A stretch of DNA of 53,434 bases, the filler included, from Jimgerdemannia flammicorona (Eukaryota), in the NCBI GenBank assembly GCA_003990765.1. It is 2 parts of 2 records of this genome, joined end to end, with 100 filler letters (N's around TTAATTAATTAA, not from the genome) between each part and the next. Parts side by side here need not be neighbours in the genome. Positions count along the whole stretch, not along the records: positions 26,774 to 53,434 come from RBNJ01000707.1; 1 more part is not named here. One strand, 5' to 3'. How positions within the stretch are numbered: position 1 is the stretch's first letter; the number at the start of each line of letters is the position of its first letter. Shown here in pieces: positions 48,534 to 53,434 of the stretch. The translations under genes were made by a program, and so were the position numbers. The notes under the pieces were generated by a model. That model searched no databases and was not told the DNA's origin. It worked only from the letters and a program-made list of their open reading frames with translations.

Positions 48534-50045
48534 TCAATCCAAATCTCCCACGTCAATCACCAAGACACCCCTCTCTCTCTTCTTCAAATATCCAAGCAGT
48601 TCCGGTTTCGATGGTGCTAACCGCATTACGCAACTTGTGCCACAAAAAGTCGAACCTATTATGCGACGCAGAGAAAGCACACTATAGATCCTTGCAATAT
48701 TTGGCAATGCGAAGCACTTCACGATGAACGAAAGAAAGCCAGCCAGCACCTACCATTTTCCGTACCGTACCGGTTACACGAAGCGAATATGACTTTGGGC
48801 CTCCTAAGCGAGTCCGCTTCATCATTTGCATACAACGGTGACAAACGACCCTTCCAGTAGGCCAACGACGACCACGACACGTTTTCATCCTCTGATGTGG
48901 TTTCATCGTCAGAATCTGAATCCGTACTATTTTGGGGCTTCTGCGGATTTCTTTCCGATGGAGATGGATTGCTATCGAGCCAATTCATTGGGCAGAGGAT
49001 AATCTGCGTCTGGTGTTCGCGATGGAAATTCGCAAACTCGAAGGCAGAAGCTTTCCTGTATTTGTAAGGATTGAGGTCCATGCAGATACCGATTCCCACC
49101 TGAACAGAGCACTTATAAGTTCCATAATCGATAAAATTTCCATAATATATTCATAAAAAAATCTTTGACCCACCTTCCCTAGTCTTTCGATTTGCAAGGA
49201 TATGAATCCTGGGCCTTCATCCGCCCATCGCTCATCAGTATAGTAGAGGAAGCTCTTTTGATACGTCGCAATCAGATTGCCCTGACGGTCAACAAAACAG
49301 CAGCTGTTGTAATGCTTTTCGGTCCCATTTTCTAGTAGTATACAAACACAATGTTGAGCGAATAACCCGAAATGGCAATACGCACGATGACGATTCTTTT
49401 TACTCCATATTATGAAATACCTTGTAGAATCTGCGGATACCCAACAGCAACAAAAGAGTTCAAACGTAATGCTTCCAGAATAAACGGGGTGAAATGCAAG
49501 TGTCAAAAAGTATTCGGCGGATCCCAGAAGACAAAATTTGAGCTCATTCGTATTGTGGTGCGCAGGATTACCTTGTCGACGAGCCCAAATAACTGTGGGG
49601 CCAGTCTCTGCGTCTTCTAAATACGGATATATATGGTTTAAATCGTTGAAGACGTATCCTGTATACAGAAGGTTTGAGAAAGCGTTCAATACCGTTATAT
49701 GAACAATGTTGCATATGGTGATTAAAATGTCGGGTGAAGGCAAAGAGAACCTGTGAAGGCCATTTCGGGAAGAACCAGGATGTCGATGTCACCAGGTTCA
49801 AAGCTATATAGAAAGTTTCCAAATTAACACGCCGAGGAACCAAGCAAAGACGAAAAACTTGAAGAGTGTTAACTACTACTTTTGCAAAAGCTGATCTGCG
49901 AGTCTCTCATTTCGTTCTCGCTGGGCTATATGAGGATTGAACTGGCAACAGGCTGGACAAGGAAAGACAGAGTCAAGTTGTGCAGAGATGGCAGGCGGTG
50001 TCTCTAAGGTAGAGGCAGAGTGGGTGCAGACTCACCTATCTTCAT
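48534..50045 (-). CDS. NTA1: Protein N-terminal amidase (nitrilase superfamily), multi-exon
   Basis: MKIACCQFNP, LVLPEMAFTG, VGYP, YNSC, YQKSFLYYTDERWADEG, GIGICMDLNPY, MNWL, CNRYGTE, FCGTSCV. Confidence 0.9.
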
Positions 50046-50129
50046 GGCGAGTGTAGGTAAGGAGAAAGAAGGATAGATAGACAGACAGTATATGGGCGTG
50101 CTGCAACAAAACCAGACAAAGTGAACAAG

Positions 50130-50147
50130 TGACGTCACTATCATTGG
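50130..50147 (-). promoter_or_regulatory. CRE palindrome plus CCAAT box upstream of NTA1
   Basis: TGACGTCA 50130-50137 and ATTGG 50143-50147, about 85-100 nt upstream of the ATG. Confidence 0.45.
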
Positions 50148-50156
50148 CTCGAAGGT

Positions 50157-50753
50157 TTATAACATGAGAACCAGACTTTTCTCCCTAAAAACCAGTTTTT
50201 TTGTACTTCTAAATGTCTTTACTAACAATAAAGTTGATAATACAATAATGCTTATTGAAGTACCAAAAATAAGAGAATAATTTAATAGTTTATCTTTACT
50301 AGTTTCTAATTACTAATTATATCTTAATTTAACTTATTAATTGCTTTTTTATTATTAGCAAAAGCAGTAGTATTGCAATATTCTTTTATCTTTGCCAATA
50401 CTTCTTCCAATTTTACAAAATCCTTATCTTTGAGAGACTTTTCAACTTTAGTAACTAATTTAGCTATTCTTAAATTAAACTACTATTTTCTTAAAAAAAG
50501 AGAGTTTTTTCTACTTTTCTATTTTCTAAACTCTCTTTCTTATTCTTGTTTAACAATCCTTCTAAATATTTTTCATATTCTTCTTGTTGTTTTTTCATTT
50601 TTGCCAACATTTTATCTTTGGTTTAATTATCTAACTCAATAATTTATAAGGATCTAAAAGATTTAAGTTAATTTTAATTATTTCTTTTATAAATTCAAGA
50701 GAAGTATTATAATTGTCTTTATTTTGTAAAAATAGATAGACTTTGTTATTATA

Positions 50754-50791
<38 letters not shown>

Positions 50792-52089
50792 TTTTTTTTT
50801 TTTTTTACAGTTCAATAAAGGTTTTTTCTAAAAGATCAATTTCTTTAAATAAGATATAATAATTACAATTAAAAGAATATTTTATTATCAAATTAGAACA
50901 ATCTTTAATAGTGAGTTTTTTTTTATTTAATTGTAAGAGTAAATAAGAGGTTTTAAATTAGGGTAATTTTTTATCTCTAACTCTACTAATTAATTATTAC
51001 TAATATTTAAAGATTTGAGTAAAGGTTAGTTTTCAATTACTAATTTTTCCTTTAATCATTTACTAGTAATAGTAAAGTTAATAATAGTATTCTTATTAAC
51101 AGAAGTTTCAAAGTCAGTCATCTGAACTTCCTCCTAACTTAGTTCTTCTTCTATTAGTTCTGGTGTTAATAAAGTTAGCTGAGTGCTTTTGTCTATTCTA
51201 TAGCCTTTATCTAATCTTAATTCTTTTTACTTTTTATTTAAATTATTTACTTTCTTAGTATTAATTTATAATTTATAAAGAAATATTTTAAAAGTTTTGG
51301 ATAAATATTTTAAACTATTATTGATATCAGTTATAGAGTATTGTAGAGTAATTAGTTTACTATTCTTAAAAGTCTCTAAGGAACTATACTAATGATTGTA
51401 ATTAAAATACTTATTAAATATTATTACTTTACTATTAATATCAATATCATTTAGTAAATAAATATTAATAGTTAGTCTTTCCAATTTCTTTAAATAAGAT
51501 AATCTTTGAATATCTATTGATAAAAAACAATTATTAGATATAGCAAAAGCTATAAGTTCAGTATTATTAGTTAGATCTAAATTAGTTAATAAATTATTTT
51601 TAGTAAGAAAAAACAACTAATTTTTTATATCTACTTATAACTAAGTTAATTAAAATAAAGTTTTAACTTAATCTCTTTTAACTTGTTTTCTTAAGTATAA
51701 ATTTTCTTGATAAATCTTAAATTATAGTAATCTAATTTCTTTATTATATTGTAATAATAATATAATTTTATTAAATTATCAAATTCACTAATATCTAACT
51801 TTTTTAGGTTATTTTTATTATAGAAAAGAGTTTGTAATTCTTCACAATATTTTATTTCTAATTCTCTTAAATGATTAAAAGGAATATAAATATAAGTTAA
51901 ATTAGAAAAATCATTAAGTATTAATTTCTCAATATCATTGTCATAAGCAGAAATACTGATTAATTTTGGATAGTTTTTAATTACTAAATTCTCTAGTTTG
52001 TAGCTATTAGTACTAATATCTACTTTTATAGTTATATTATTATCAATATTAATAAATTTGGTAGGTGAACTAATAAACTTCATTTTCAT
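50157..52089 (-). pseudogene. AT-rich degenerate intronless LRR/coiled-coil/C-terminal TM gene, MRE/Glomeromycota-type
   Basis: LRRs (LENLVIKNYPKLISISAYDNDIEKL, LLTNLDLTNNTEL), hallmark NH*YSSLETFKNSKL…TDINNSLKYLS, a K/E-rich helical part and terminal SLIFGTSISIIVLSTLLLVKTFRSTKK. Many stops. Confidence 0.7.
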
Positions 52090-53087
52090 AAGAAAAAAAA
52101 AAATATACTTATATATATATTTTAATTAAAAAGTGAAGTTATTTTTTAAAAAGTTAGTATAACATTCATTGAAAGACTAAACTTCTAAATAATAACAGTA
52201 AGGAGAAATAATAAGTGACAAATAATGAATATTTTTGATCTTATTTTAAATATTTTATTTATTATTCAATATTAGTATAGATTGATTTTAGACAAGTAAT
52301 ATCTTTAAATTTATCTCTAACAAATAAGTAAATAAAATTATAGAGATATTCTTGTTATTTATATTTTATAGAAAGAAATATTAGTATTGAAAATAACAAG
52401 GACTTGATTTTTTTTATGATTTTTTTTATGATTTTTAAAGTCTCTATTTTTTTAGTCTTCAATAATTTGAATTCTTAAAATAGACTATTAGTGACTTTCT
52501 GAGCCTTGACTATACTAGGCTGAGAATGAGTAAAAAGAAAATATTAAAACTTTTATATATTAGATAACTTTTTGAAGTAGATTTCCAAACTGCTCAGAAT
52601 GTTAAAATATTGGAAACCTTTACTACTATTATAATATCAAGCTTTATTTAGTCTGATAATATTGAATCTTCTCACTACTTTGATTATATAATTTATATCA
52701 TCTACTATTGTAAGTGCACAACCTCCAAGCCACTGAAATTACATGTCACCCTCTGAACAAAGCCACTGAAATCACATGCGACCTCCGAACAAATCTGGAA
52801 ATCACCTGCTTAATTACAAAGCTAAGTCAAACCGAAGTCACAGCATACAAAGCTGAGTCAATACGAAGTCATGGAATACAAGATCTACATAAACGGAACC
52901 TTACCAATTAGGACCAAATGCATATATACCAAGCACCAAGATACATCGAATCAGAAAACCAAAACAAACAACAACCACAACTTCCAAATATACAAACATA
53001 ACCACTGAGATATACAACTGTATCCGCGCTGACATTTGGAATGCCATTGTCAACCGAGCCACACCCCCTCTGTCCCTCATGAATATC

Positions 53088-53250
53088 TAGTGCTCCGAAC
53101 GAATGGAGTTGATCCAGATGAGATTCGATTCAGATTCGTCATGTGATGGATTCGAATCAACTCAGATTGGTCTCATGATCTGATCCGGATTGATCCATCC
53201 AGATTGACCATCCGGATTGACCCATCCAGATTGACCCATTCAGATTGAAA
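53088..53250. repeat. Transposon-like terminus with subterminal ~14-bp tandem repeats
   Basis: TAGTGCTC start followed by GATTGACCCATCCA-like units at 53180-53250. Confidence 0.5.
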
Positions 53251-53434
53251 TCTTTGGTGACGTCACCCTTTCTTTTGTTCATTTCGCTCTTGTTTTTTTT
53301 TCCTGCTGCACTTTGGTGACATCACCCTTTCCTTTGTTCCCTCTCTTTTCTTTGTTCTTTTTCTTTGTTCTTTCCTGCCGCATCACGAGCAAACAAAACA
53401 GCAGCCCTAAATTCATATGTTGGTCCAGTCTACT

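Overview
Eukaryotic, intron-containing fungal DNA. The gene style and long homopolymers suggest an early-diverging Mucoromycota/Endogonales-like fungus (inference). The window is two probably unrelated contigs of nearly equal length (1-26673 and 26774-53434) joined by an artificial N44-TTAATTAATTAA-N44 linker. The left contig is accessory DNA. It holds a shuffled mosaic of repeated modules with two intact intronless paralogs of an unusual Zn2Cys6-like protein, and a structurally complete but decayed, CpG-erased DIRS-type tyrosine-recombinase retrotransposon (17439-23487, with ITRs and an ICR). The element is inserted into what may be a relic viral-type AEP/D5 primase gene. The right contig is a compact housekeeping block: RPL25, kinesin-8 KIP3, PCH2, a LITAF protein, a class-3 lipase, an Rrn5-like Myb protein, SPE3, NMD3 and NTA1. 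It is followed by an AT-rich decayed intronless LRR/coiled-coil/C-terminal-TM gene resembling proteins of Mollicutes-related endobacteria. All family calls come from visual motif recognition; no database searches were run.
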